IMG/VR virus record: IMGVR_UViG_3300020365_000001
DNA: 64,000 bases
Reading direction: 5' to 3' (one strand)
Origin: a virus
Lineage: Duplodnaviria; Caudoviricetes
Within the stretch, counting starts at the first letter, position 1. Every line of letters starts with the position of its first letter. Below are positions 37,933 through 47,048 of the stretch, piece after piece. Position numbers and translations under genes: made by a program. The notes under the pieces are model-generated. The model saw only the letters and a list, made by a program, of their open reading frames with translations, was not told the origin of the DNA and did not search any database.

Positions 37933-40428
37933 TTAGACAAAGAAAAGATCCAGAGTTGCCTGCCTTTCAACAGACCACCCGATAGCATCTAACACCGCCT
38001 TGAGTGGTTCAAGGAATGCTTTGTCAAACATCAAATTATAGTCAACATACTGCGTTAGACCGAGTTCTTTAGGGAAATCACCAGTAAAAGAGATAACGTT
38101 CTCTTGGATTGTGTTCGGTTTGGTGAGATAACAGAACTTGATCTTGTCTCCGTTGTTGATAGCACTATATTTAGATCCAAGATCTGCCTTCTTGATATAG
38201 TGATTGAATAGAAGTGCACCCCTCACATGGATAGGTGTGCCCTTGGCGTAGATAGACAGATTACTCTTGTACTTATCTACATTGTTGCATGATCTAGGGA
38301 ATGAGACAGCAGCAGGATCCATTTTTCTGAACTCCCGACGCATGTCCTCAATATAATTGATAACATCCACCTCAGTCTTGCTCATGATGATCTTCAGAGC
38401 ATCTTTGATCATCTGACGACAAGGTGCAGGAGTCGATGACTTGACTGCTTCAATGCCCATGATCTTGAGTTTGGGTTCAGCAAACCTCACACCCTCAATA
38501 TCCCATGCGTTGAGGATGTATCGCTTCTTAGCGGTCCAAATACCACGTTCAGCGATAGTCTCCCGCTTCATGAACATCTTCTGTTCGTATGCGTTCACAT
38601 AGGTCGCCAACGCTTCATAAGAACTCGAAATATACTTCTCAAGTTCCATCGAACAGACCTTATCAAGGAAATCGACAATGCCTTCAGTAGTTTTTTCTCT
38701 CCCTTTGTATACAGTTTCGACCAGAGGACCCATATTGAGATAGATAGAGTCAGTGTCACTGGCAATAACATAGTCTTCACCCTCAGTTTTCAGGATTTTG
38801 TTGAGATACTGGTTCATTCTGTTCTCAATCCAGCGGATGCTGAACTGACCAGACAATGTAATCGCTTCTGCGTTTGCTAGTTTGTAATAGCGGAAGTAAT
38901 TGTTACCAATAGCACCATAAGCAGAGTTGAGTTGGATCTTCTTTGCCATCTGGATGTTGTTACACCGGGCAATCTCCTTCTCTAAGTCCTTTGTAGGATT
39001 CTTTTCATACTCTTGCTTCGCCTTGAGCATCTTCTTCTTGAAGACCACCCGTTCACTGTAGATTTTCTCCATAAGTTTGGGAAGGAATCCCCTAACTTTC
39101 TTAGTAAACTGTGCTCCGTTGGGACATACAGTGGTATCTGTCAGTCCAGACAGGTCTACTTCTTCATTCAGGAGTTTATCAACACTGACGTTAGGGTACC
39201 TGTCATCTAGCAGAGTCTCGGGAGAGATGTTGTACTGCATGATGAGGTGCGGATACAGAGAGTTCAAGTCAAAACTTACAACCCACTCATAGATGCCAGG
39301 GATAGGTTCTTTTACATATGCGCCAGCATATTTTTCGTTCTTGTTTGCATCTTTCTTGGGAGGAATGACAATACCCTTCTTCTTCAGGTCGTTATAGATG
39401 ATCATATCCCACATCCGCACCTGGTAAAACACATCGGTGAAGTTCACCTTAGCGTCAAATGCCATGGTGACTGCCAGTTCAATGAGTTTCATCTTCTCCT
39501 CAAGGGAGTCAACCAGTCTCACGTCTTGGATGTTATACCTGACAAACTTTTGCCAGTCTTTTGTGTAGAACTCGCGGAAGGTGTCAAACTCACTGTGGTC
39601 AAGTTTCTTCTGACCAAGTTCAACCTCTCCAATATAGTCCAATCTATAACTTTCTTGTGCCTTGTACGTAAATTTCTTGTACAGGTCCATGTAGTCAAGC
39701 ACTGTGACCCCACCGATGTCATACACCAAGTGTGGACGACCCATGATATAGGTCTCTTCAGAGGTCAGTAGATTCCACGGAGACAGTTTCTTTGCTTGCT
39801 TCTCGCCCAGGACACGAGCAATCCTCTTGGCAAGGTATGGGATGTCATACAGTTGGCAGTTCCATCCAGTGATGACCTCAGGAGGGTCACTAGACCAGTA
39901 GTTGATGAAGTGCTGCAACAAATCATACTCATCGTTGCACTCCACATACTTGACCATGGGATCGGTGTTGTGATACTTACCGATACCAAAGGTCAGGATG
40001 CGTTTTGTAGCATAGTTCTGAAGGGTGATGCACAGCATCTCCTCGTCACATGCCTCAACAGTAGGGAATCCTCGTTCTGCTGACACCTCAATGTCAATAG
40101 TAACGAGTTTCATCTTCTTCAGATCAAAGTCGATCTGATCTTCAGGATACTTATCTGAGATGTACTGATAGATATACCGATTGTTCCCATAGATGTCAAA
40201 GTTCTCTACGTTCTCGTGGGTACGTACAAACTCACGACATTCTCTGACTGTTCCAGGTTGTATGCTCTGGACATATCGTCCATCGAGCGTCTTGAATTGT
40301 GTTTTCTTCTTGCTAGGTACAAATAATGTAGGTTGGTAACTCTCTCTGGCAGTGAATGATTTACCGTTTTCATAACCACGGACCAGAAAGTCGTTCCCGA
40401 CCATCTGAACGTTCGTGTAATACCTCAT
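37933..40428 (-). CDS. gp43: Family B DNA polymerase (T4 gp43)
   Basis: DIEV exonuclease, SFDLNSLYPH, KIQLNSAYG, SDTDS; uninterrupted. Confidence 0.98.
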   Translation of the reverse strand: MRYYTNVQMVGNDFLVRGYENGKSFTARESYQPTLFVPSKKKTQFKTLDGRYVQSIQPGTVRECREFVRTHENVENFDIYGNNRYIYQYISDKYPEDQIDFDLKKMKLVTIDIEVSAERGFPTVEACDEEMLCITLQNYATKRILTFGIGKYHNTDPMVKYVECNDEYDLLQHFINYWSSDPPEVITGWNCQLYDIPYLAKRIARVLGEKQAKKLSPWNLLTSEETYIMGRPHLVYDIGGVTVLDYMDLYKKFTYKAQESYRLDYIGEVELGQKKLDHSEFDTFREFYTKDWQKFVRYNIQDVRLVDSLEEKMKLIELAVTMAFDAKVNFTDVFYQVRMWDMIIYNDLKKKGIVIPPKKDANKNEKYAGAYVKEPIPGIYEWVVSFDLNSLYPHLIMQYNISPETLLDDRYPNVSVDKLLNEEVDLSGLTDTTVCPNGAQFTKKVRGFLPKLMEKIYSERVVFKKKMLKAKQEYEKNPTKDLEKEIARCNNIQMAKKIQLNSAYGAIGNNYFRYYKLANAEAITLSGQFSIRWIENRMNQYLNKILKTEGEDYVIASDTDSIYLNMGPLVETVYKGREKTTEGIVDFLDKVCSMELEKYISSSYEALATYVNAYEQKMFMKRETIAERGIWTAKKRYILNAWDIEGVRFAEPKLKIMGIEAVKSSTPAPCRQMIKDALKIIMSKTEVDVINYIEDMRREFRKMDPAAVSFPRSCNNVDKYKSNLSIYAKGTPIHVRGALLFNHYIKKADLGSKYSAINNGDKIKFCYLTKPNTIQENVISFTGDFPKELGLTQYVDYNLMFDKAFLEPLKAVLDAIGWSVERQATLDLFFV

Positions 40429-40691
40429 TCAGCAGTCAGTGATTGGTACTTATCGAGTTGGAACTTATTAGGTTCGACTAGGGTGAGGATACTATCGGAG
40501 TGGATCATCAACTCCGTTTGATCAGTAAACGAAGGCCAAGACTCAAACGTGACACTATCGGTGCAGTCACCATGCAGCACCATCTTATAAGGTTTGATCA
40601 GTTTGCAGTCAGGTTCTCCGAGTTCAGTAGATACCTCCTCAATCCTAGAGATCAGAACGAGATCGTTCTTCAATAACAAAATTTGGATCAT
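40425..40691 (-). CDS. Conserved small hypothetical protein preceding gp43
   Basis: ELGEPDCKLIKP, SDSILTLVEP. Confidence 0.8.
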   Translation of the reverse strand: MIQILLLKNDLVLISRIEEVSTELGEPDCKLIKPYKMVLHGDCTDSVTFESWPSFTDQTELMIHSDSILTLVEPNKFQLDKYQSLTAE

Positions 40692-41428
40692 GGAAGCGAC
40701 AGCTTTCGGTTTTTCAATTCTACCATAGACTTACGGATCTTGTCGATATACCCAGAATTTCTTAGTTCTTTGAAGACCAGGTTCTCAAATCCATACTCGC
40801 CAAACTTGTCAAGCGATGACGCACGTGCTGACCTGAGTTTGTGTACGACACTCTTGAGTGCCTCAGGTTTCTCAGTCTGAATCAGAGTATCGATTTTGTT
40901 CTTGAGGTTGTTTGTCTTCTTAGTCAGTTCAAACTCATCAATCTCGCCTTCCATCTTCTCGGGTTCCTGCACCCACTTGTTCTTGAGAACACTATACACA
41001 CCCTGGTTCTTCTTGCGAGTGATACCAGGACGTTCAATGTAGGGTTCTACAGGAGCACCATAGACTTTGACATCGTGAGTCAGTTCCCACAGAGTCTTCT
41101 TGTCCATGTAGTAGTCTGCAATCAAATCTGGATCACAGTCTGGGATCATATCAGGATCTACAACCAGATGGACATCAATGTCACTGTACTGAGTGTAATT
41201 ATACCCTGCATTGCCACCCAACATCAACACATCAGAGATGGCACGATCATCCAGATCCACAAAATCTGCAAATGCTTTAGCAAAATTCATCAGTGCCTTA
41301 CGCACTTCAGGTTTCAACTTACTACCAAACCAAAACTTGGGGTTCAAGTCTTCCCTAAAACGCAAAGTCAGACCTGCGGTCTCCCGCAAGTCTGATGCTT
41401 TGATATGATGTAAGATTCTCCGGTACAC
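40688..41428 (-). CDS. Pol-beta-like nucleotidyltransferase
   Basis: GGNAGYNYTQYSDIDVH (G-G/S...DxD), VEPY, ENLVFKELR; CTAAATA at 41452-41458. Confidence 0.7.
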   Translation of the reverse strand: MYRRILHHIKASDLRETAGLTLRFREDLNPKFWFGSKLKPEVRKALMNFAKAFADFVDLDDRAISDVLMLGGNAGYNYTQYSDIDVHLVVDPDMIPDCDPDLIADYYMDKKTLWELTHDVKVYGAPVEPYIERPGITRKKNQGVYSVLKNKWVQEPEKMEGEIDEFELTKKTNNLKNKIDTLIQTEKPEALKSVVHKLRSARASSLDKFGEYGFENLVFKELRNSGYIDKIRKSMVELKNRKLSLP

Positions 41429-41454
41429 TTACTGACTACTAACCGTAGTAGTAT

Positions 41455-41886
41455 TTAGAGGTAATCTTTACGGGCGTGATGCTCAGGAACAATCTTACCG
41501 ATGTTCACTACCAACAAACCATCTTCAAAAGTCACCGAATTGATTTTGACATCCTCGGCAATCGACCACTTGCGGGTAAACTTCCGGGTGCCTAGACCAC
41601 GGTGAAGATATTCTTCCTCTTCGTTTTCTGCTTTGGATCCTTCTACAACCAACTTACCATACTCAGTAAAGACCTTGACTTCATCTTTCTTGAATCCAGC
41701 GAGTGCTACCTCAAGTCTAGTCTCATGATTGCTGAGTTGTACGATGTTGTATGGGGGATAGTTACCACCAAAGGTATTTGATTCCCAAAACTGATTGAAT
41801 GATTGATCCCATCCAAGGGCGTTCTTATTGATGCGGTCAATAAGGTCCGGCAGACTGGCTGCACGATACTTCTCGATGTTAGACAT
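41455..41886 (-). CDS. hsp20: Small heat-shock protein
   Basis: NYPPYNI, EVALAGF, YLHRG, FEDGLL; AGGAG SD before MSNIEK. Confidence 0.95.
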   Translation of the reverse strand: MSNIEKYRAASLPDLIDRINKNALGWDQSFNQFWESNTFGGNYPPYNIVQLSNHETRLEVALAGFKKDEVKVFTEYGKLVVEGSKAENEEEEYLHRGLGTRKFTRKWSIAEDVKINSVTFEDGLLVVNIGKIVPEHHARKDYL

Positions 41887-41999
41887 TGTTCTCCTGTTAG
41901 GCAGAATGTGTTGTGTGGTCCCCGAAGGCAACCTTTGGCGTAAAAGGGGGATCCTAAGATCCCAATCCTCTTACAGTACTAATTATAAGAGCAAGCATG

Positions 42000-42026
42000 A
42001 AAAAGGGGGTGTTGGTAACCCCCCTT
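42000..42026 (-). terminator. Intrinsic terminator after regA
   Basis: AAGGGGG...CCCCCTT followed by a T-run. Confidence 0.75.
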
Positions 42027-42075
42027 CTCGTAGCGTATATTCCGTATGTAGCGTGTCGCGCACGAAAGAGCGACG
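42000..42075 (-). ncRNA. Candidate small structured RNA between regA and hsp20
   Basis: CTAAATA at 42079-42085, GTCGC/GCGAC hairpin, two ACGCTAC copies, then a terminator. Confidence 0.4.
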
Positions 42076-42081
42076 ATTTAT

Positions 42082-42519
42082 TTAGGTATCTGTGGCAACT
42101 TTTTTCTTACCAATGTTGTATTTCGTTTCCAAAGACCACTCTGCTTTCTCTTTGAATGAGATAACTTTGATCTGATTCAGAGGAGACACGTCAACAATTC
42201 TATTGAATCCTTCTTCAGAAATCTGAACAAGACCCCAGTCTACAAGCAATTTTACGATGCGATTACGACGTTGAACGTCATTCACACTCAAGTTTGCCTT
42301 CTTTCCATCAAGAGCAAACAGTTCTTTGAAGTGCACAATATAGTAACGTCCCTGCTTATGCAGAATATGGCAGGACTGGTACAGTTTTTTCTCTTTGCGA
42401 CTCGCTACACCAATACGAGTAAGCGTCTCGCGTACTTTTAGAAAATCATCTGGTTCTGCAAGAACCACTTCAATCATTTTATCAGGCGACCATTGATAAA
42501 TCGGTTCAGTACCGCTCAT
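42082..42519 (-). CDS. regA: Translational repressor RegA
   Basis: FLKVRETLTRIG, QSCHILHKQG, VHFKELF. Confidence 0.97.
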   Translation of the reverse strand: MSGTEPIYQWSPDKMIEVVLAEPDDFLKVRETLTRIGVASRKEKKLYQSCHILHKQGRYYIVHFKELFALDGKKANLSVNDVQRRNRIVKLLVDWGLVQISEEGFNRIVDVSPLNQIKVISFKEKAEWSLETKYNIGKKKVATDT

Positions 42520-42896
42520 TTCAATCCTCCAGTGTCAAATCGTTGTCGAATAATGTCTAGTTGTTCATCAGATAGTAGAGGAAGCACTTGCCTCGCCTTT
42601 TCGTCACTATACCCATAGTATTTTTTGACGGTTTGGAGGTTTGATAACTCTTCTTTCCGCATCCAAGGAGAAAATCTCTTCTTGGATCTCAGACTATTTA
42701 GAAAGAAGTCATACTGTAACTTTTTATCTAGATGAGAATTGATATTCATCTCATTTGCATACATCAAGGCATCAATATGCCCAGACATGCATCGATTGAC
42801 AATGTAAGGCAGATATTTTGACTCTAGCAACGGATCTTCATCGATCAGATTGTCCTTAGTTTCGTTGATCGACTTCAACCAGTCCTTCAAGTCCAT
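42516..42896 (-). CDS. gp62: Clamp loader small subunit (gp62)
   Basis: YIVNRCMS, ANEMN, LQYDF, YYGYS. Confidence 0.9.
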   Translation of the reverse strand: MDLKDWLKSINETKDNLIDEDPLLESKYLPYIVNRCMSGHIDALMYANEMNINSHLDKKLQYDFFLNSLRSKKRFSPWMRKEELSNLQTVKKYYGYSDEKARQVLPLLSDEQLDIIRQRFDTGGLK

Positions 42897-43039
42897 TTGT
42901 TTTTGCGGCGAATAATAATGCAGTCGTTTTCGTAGTCAGGAACAAACTCAAGAACTTCACTAGGTTCCCAAAGCAACTCTTCATAAAGACTATTGAGGGT
43001 TGCCATGTCTTCCCAGAGGTCCGTTGGTTCTTCTGACAT
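42887..43039 (-). CDS. Small acidic hypothetical protein (50 aa)
   Basis: Hand-translated MSEEPTDLWEDMATLNSLYEELLW... Confidence 0.7.
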   Translation of the reverse strand: MSEEPTDLWEDMATLNSLYEELLWEPSEVLEFVPDYENDCIIIRRKNKWT

Positions 43040-43072
43040 AGTGTCTACCAAATTACCAGTCTAGCATATTAT

Positions 43073-43516
43073 CTATCGGTTGAAAATCCTTTGCTTCAAT
43101 TCTTCGGTCCATTTATCATAGTATTTTGTTGATTTCAACTCCTTTCTAGCGTCCTCCAACTCCTTTCTCTTCTGCACTAGGAGCAATGTCATGCCACTAT
43201 TCAAGTGCTGACCATCAACTACCTCCACCAGGTCTGGATGTTCCTCCAAGAACAAGAACTCTGGATAGATTTTGTTACATTTCTCTGCCAATTCAGTAAC
43301 CCAGTTGGCATTCATATTATCAATGACAAAGATGACCACCTCTTTGGTCCACTCCTTTGTCATGTATCCAACAATCTGAGCAAAGTCTGTGTACTCAAGG
43401 ACTTCTACCTTCTTGCGAAGGAAAGCACTCTTTGCAAATGGACATGGTGGCATACCACCAAACGCTTCACTAGGTGTAGTGAGCATCTTTACCCAATTAG
43501 TCAGTGTAGAGTTCAT
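43073..43516 (-). CDS. Hypothetical protein with PCPFA motif
   Basis: MPPCPFAK, EEHPD, LLVQ; ATGA-coupled to the amidinotransferase. Confidence 0.75.
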   Translation of the reverse strand: MNSTLTNWVKMLTTPSEAFGGMPPCPFAKSAFLRKKVEVLEYTDFAQIVGYMTKEWTKEVVIFVIDNMNANWVTELAEKCNKIYPEFLFLEEHPDLVEVVDGQHLNSGMTLLLVQKRKELEDARKELKSTKYYDKWTEELKQRIFNR

Positions 43517-44853
43517 GCTATAACTTTGGATTGGTAGTCACCACGGTCTGGGAAGAAGTCTTTGCACTCACCCTGACGAGAAATGTCAGATGTGACACAG
43601 TGCAGACCACCATCCCAGAAGTAACGGTGTCGAAGGTTCAGGATGTGAGGAGTCACACCATGACGTTCAAAGGCGTCGAACACCTTCTTATTATAACCGT
43701 TACAGATGACGTTGTTCTCGTCGATTACAAGCATGTTTACGTCGAAGACAGACTCCTCAACGTACAGTTGCCAGTGATTCAACCAGACATCCATGTATTC
43801 TATCAGATCATCGTTGTCTTCCTCACCTGCGACGAAGTATTTGCCACGATTCTTCTCCTTCATCTTGAGGAACCCGTCCACTTTGTCCCAAGACTCACCG
43901 CTGATAGAACAAATGTCCCAACCAGGGAACAATTTCTCACAATCTTCAGTTCCTTTTAGGGAAACCACCAGTCCAGGTTTGATTACACAGGTAGAACCAT
44001 CACTATGACCCGTATGTGCCAAGTAATTGATGCGATTATTAGGAAATAATCTAGTCAACTTAGCATCAAAACTCTTTTGATTCAATTTATTGATAACATT
44101 ACAGAAACTAAAATATAAATCCTTGCCACATCTAATGCTAGTAGCAGTGTTGATGTGTTGATCATAGACAATCGGGACATTATTGTCCTGTAACCACTTT
44201 TCAATGCTAGAAAATGGATAAAATGATCCCGTAGAAGGGTATCTTTGACTGTTTCCAATCTGCATCGTCTCTGCAAGAGTAATTTGCTCTCGCATTTGCT
44301 CGGCATCAAGACCCATCAGGGTCTTTGCAGCGGTATGATAGTTTTTTCTTGTCCTAAATTTGAACAAAGACATGCTGGTGGACAGATTTTTGTCCGGTTC
44401 CAGTGCATCCTCTAGTAGTTTTGCCAGTAGTCTCTCACGAGAACCGTTGCCTTCAGACTTTCCACTGGTCAACTGGTCAAAAACATGGCGAATATCGATC
44501 TTATCCCCAAACCTTTGACCAGGCATGTAGAAAGTATCCCCAATCATTGCCGTGTAGTCACGGGGCAGCATGGGCGGATAGCAGGTCACCTGACCCTTGC
44601 CGGGGGGTGCACCCTGTCTGCCGTCTACATAGGCGTCAGGGTCGTCACAGAGGTCTGTACGGAGCACTTCGACGCCAAACTCTCGCAGTTTATCTGCAAG
44701 TTTGTCTAGGTCCTCACAGGTCTCCTGACAGATCCTCTCCATGACGGGGCGAACCTTGGCGTTCTGGATCCTACTCATGTACTCAGGAGGGAAGCACCTC
44801 CCGACTGCACATACTTTCAGAGGATCCCAGTGTTGATATACCGTGTGTTTCAA
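43513..44853 (-). CDS. Amidinotransferase (glycine/inosamine-phosphate amidinotransferase-like, pentein fold)
   Basis: WDPLK, PRD, GHSDG, FDVNML, GGLHCVT (His and Cys catalytic motifs). Confidence 0.85.
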   Translation of the reverse strand: MKHTVYQHWDPLKVCAVGRCFPPEYMSRIQNAKVRPVMERICQETCEDLDKLADKLREFGVEVLRTDLCDDPDAYVDGRQGAPPGKGQVTCYPPMLPRDYTAMIGDTFYMPGQRFGDKIDIRHVFDQLTSGKSEGNGSRERLLAKLLEDALEPDKNLSTSMSLFKFRTRKNYHTAAKTLMGLDAEQMREQITLAETMQIGNSQRYPSTGSFYPFSSIEKWLQDNNVPIVYDQHINTATSIRCGKDLYFSFCNVINKLNQKSFDAKLTRLFPNNRINYLAHTGHSDGSTCVIKPGLVVSLKGTEDCEKLFPGWDICSISGESWDKVDGFLKMKEKNRGKYFVAGEEDNDDLIEYMDVWLNHWQLYVEESVFDVNMLVIDENNVICNGYNKKVFDAFERHGVTPHILNLRHRYFWDGGLHCVTSDISRQGECKDFFPDRGDYQSKVIA

Positions 44854-45158
44854 TCTCGCTGTCTCCAGTCGTCACATCTTTCATGACGGAACCAATCCAT
44901 AATATCCTCAGCACCATCAAACTTCTGTTTGTGCTCGGTCGGATCCGGAGAACCAAGATTTAGATCATTGAAAAAATCGTCACCAGGGTTCAGGACCTCC
45001 CTCCTAGCACGGTTCAACCAAGTCTTTGCCGTAGTATTTGCCTTCGCTAATTTGTTTGCCCAAATCATGTCTGCTAAAGGAACTTCTTCCTTATTGACAA
45101 TCTTCCTACAGATCTCTTCAAGACGGAGACGATACTGAGTAGACAGCATATTACTCAA
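44850..45158 (-). CDS. Conserved cyanophage hypothetical protein
   Basis: LSTQYRLRLE, DMIWANKL, DDWRQRD. Confidence 0.8.
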   Translation of the reverse strand: MSNMLSTQYRLRLEEICRKIVNKEEVPLADMIWANKLAKANTTAKTWLNRARREVLNPGDDFFNDLNLGSPDPTEHKQKFDGAEDIMDWFRHERCDDWRQRD

Positions 45159-45674
45159 TTAGATGATACTATCTAGGGACTTTTCCATTGCCGCTTTCAG
45201 TTCTAGAGAATGTTCGATTTCATCGTTCATGATCTCTAGAATCCTTTCGTCTTCTCCATTGTCCCGAATATACTTCTCATAGGTATGAGCAGCGTGGACT
45301 TCTACCTCGTACGATAGATGGTACGCTGACTTAGGAGCCAACCAGTAATACACCACATTGGTCCAATAGTATACAAGAACAAGGTGTCTTGCGAGAAAAC
45401 GGTCAATCCAATAAGAATTACCGCCCCTACTCTCCATGTATTCCAGATGTTCGGTTTCATTGACGCTTTGCTCGAAGTGCTGCTTCATCAAGTATAGGTG
45501 ATCTGGACCTCGAAGACCCATGCTTTCACGGAAATGTAACACACTCAAGAAAGCAAAATAGGGTGCCCGAGCAATTTCCTCAAGCACCCAAAATCTTTGA
45601 TAGTCTCTACCGTTGTAGAGGTAGTCCAGGATCGCGACAGTTACGTTTAGGAAAAACGAATTCAGTCTTCTCAT
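45159..45674 (-). CDS. ptox: Plastoquinol terminal oxidase (PTOX)
   Basis: FWVLEEIARAPYFAF, NETEHL, EVHAAHTY, DEIEH di-iron motifs. Confidence 0.95.
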   Translation of the reverse strand: MRRLNSFFLNVTVAILDYLYNGRDYQRFWVLEEIARAPYFAFLSVLHFRESMGLRGPDHLYLMKQHFEQSVNETEHLEYMESRGGNSYWIDRFLARHLVLVYYWTNVVYYWLAPKSAYHLSYEVEVHAAHTYEKYIRDNGEDERILEIMNDEIEHSLELKAAMEKSLDSII

Positions 45675-45696
45675 GGTCAGGTATATACCATACTAT

Positions 45697-46533
45697 CTAG
45701 TAATTCATCAGTAGGAGTTCCTTGCGTTGTGTTTGGTTTTTCATATAATCACCAACAGAACGCATGGTGTAAGTCAGATCAAACTCACCCGCTTTCCACT
45801 GGTCACCAAACCGATCTTCTACCAACTGATTTGAATTGTAACTGATCAGACAATCGTGCCTTGCAGCATTGCATTTAGCAGCAAAGTCGTCATGATCAAA
45901 CGACTTGTGCATAGATCCTTTACGACCGTACAGATTGTCTTTGATGTCGTACGGAGGATCAAGATAGACAAATGCATTGTCCATCACATTGAGAAGAGAT
46001 TCATAGGAATCGTGACGGATCTTCCAGTCTTGAATCAACTCAGAGAACTGAGACAAACGATCAATACCACTCTGACTGAAGTTCTGATTACTCGCTTGCT
46101 TGGAGAAAGAAGATGCTTCTGTCAGTCCACTGAAAGAGCACTTGTTTACAACATAGAAAGCACAGGCACGGTCATGGTTAGAACGTGACTGCTGATTGAT
46201 AATCAGTTTGCACTCATCAAAGAGCACCCGTGCAGTGTCAGGATCATTGTGATCTTGCTTTGCTTCAGTAAGAGTCCGAACCATACGGTCTCCATTTTTC
46301 TGGAGTTCTTTCCAGAAGTTGATAAGCGGTTCGTACAGGTCACAGACCTCAATGTCCACACCAGGGAACTGCTGGGTTACCCATAGTGCCATGCTACCAC
46401 CACCAAGGAAGCACTCCTTATAGGTGTCGTACATGCTCAGTTCAGGAAGGTATGGGTAAATTTTCTTTACCGCACGTGACTTGCCGCCAGGATAACGAAG
46501 AGGAGTCTTGAGTTTGAATGACTGATACATCAC
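45697..46533 (-). CDS. dam: D12-class N6-adenine DNA methyltransferase
   Basis: LRYPGGKS, FLGGGS, YLDPPY; target sequence not established. Confidence 0.85.
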   Translation of the reverse strand: MMYQSFKLKTPLRYPGGKSRAVKKIYPYLPELSMYDTYKECFLGGGSMALWVTQQFPGVDIEVCDLYEPLINFWKELQKNGDRMVRTLTEAKQDHNDPDTARVLFDECKLIINQQSRSNHDRACAFYVVNKCSFSGLTEASSFSKQASNQNFSQSGIDRLSQFSELIQDWKIRHDSYESLLNVMDNAFVYLDPPYDIKDNLYGRKGSMHKSFDHDDFAAKCNAARHDCLISYNSNQLVEDRFGDQWKAGEFDLTYTMRSVGDYMKNQTQRKELLLMNY

Positions 46534-47048
46534 AGGATCTTTTGTAGATTTTCCAGAATTTCTGTAGAAGTCATGGACTTCTCAGTAGGGGTAACGTTTT
46601 CTGCGAGCATTGTGTACTCGCCAGGTTCTAGTTTGAACTTAGCAACAGGTGACTTCTCAGTAAAGTAAATACGCTTCTGGATGGTCTCCCAATCAGTGAC
46701 GGCAATACTCATAGACAGGGTGTCCACAAGGATCATGTAGTCAAACGTCTTATTGACTACCTTACTCTCACCACGGAAGTTCTTCAAGTCTACGGCAGAA
46801 GTGCTACCGTTTTTGTTGAACATCTTTAGTTTGCCTTTCATCTCATAGGCATGTTCATCTGACTCAAAGTCCATACCGTCTTTATAGTCACCAACATATC
46901 GCAACTGTCCGTCACTCCACTTGGCGAAGGACTTCTCCTGCAACCAGGTGCGAATGGTCTTGAAAGCATTCGACTTCATCTGAGTTGTATTGGTTGCTGC
47001 TACGCATCCAAAAAACTCTTGGAGGTTGATGCGGTCAATGTCAAACAT
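46530..47048 (-). CDS. Putative PD-(D/E)xK nuclease
   Basis: E helix (LQEKSF), GMDF...YEMKG, FDYMILV; coupled to the methylase. Confidence 0.5.
   Translation of the reverse strand: MFDIDRINLQEFFGCVAATNTTQMKSNAFKTIRTWLQEKSFAKWSDGQLRYVGDYKDGMDFESDEHAYEMKGKLKMFNKNGSTSAVDLKNFRGESKVVNKTFDYMILVDTLSMSIAVTDWETIQKRIYFTEKSPVAKFKLEPGEYTMLAENVTPTEKSMTSTEILENLQKIL

Noticed and set aside
19928-40428. Introns or inteins in nrdA, nrdB, gp41 or gp43
   Set aside because: All four are continuous and of ordinary length.
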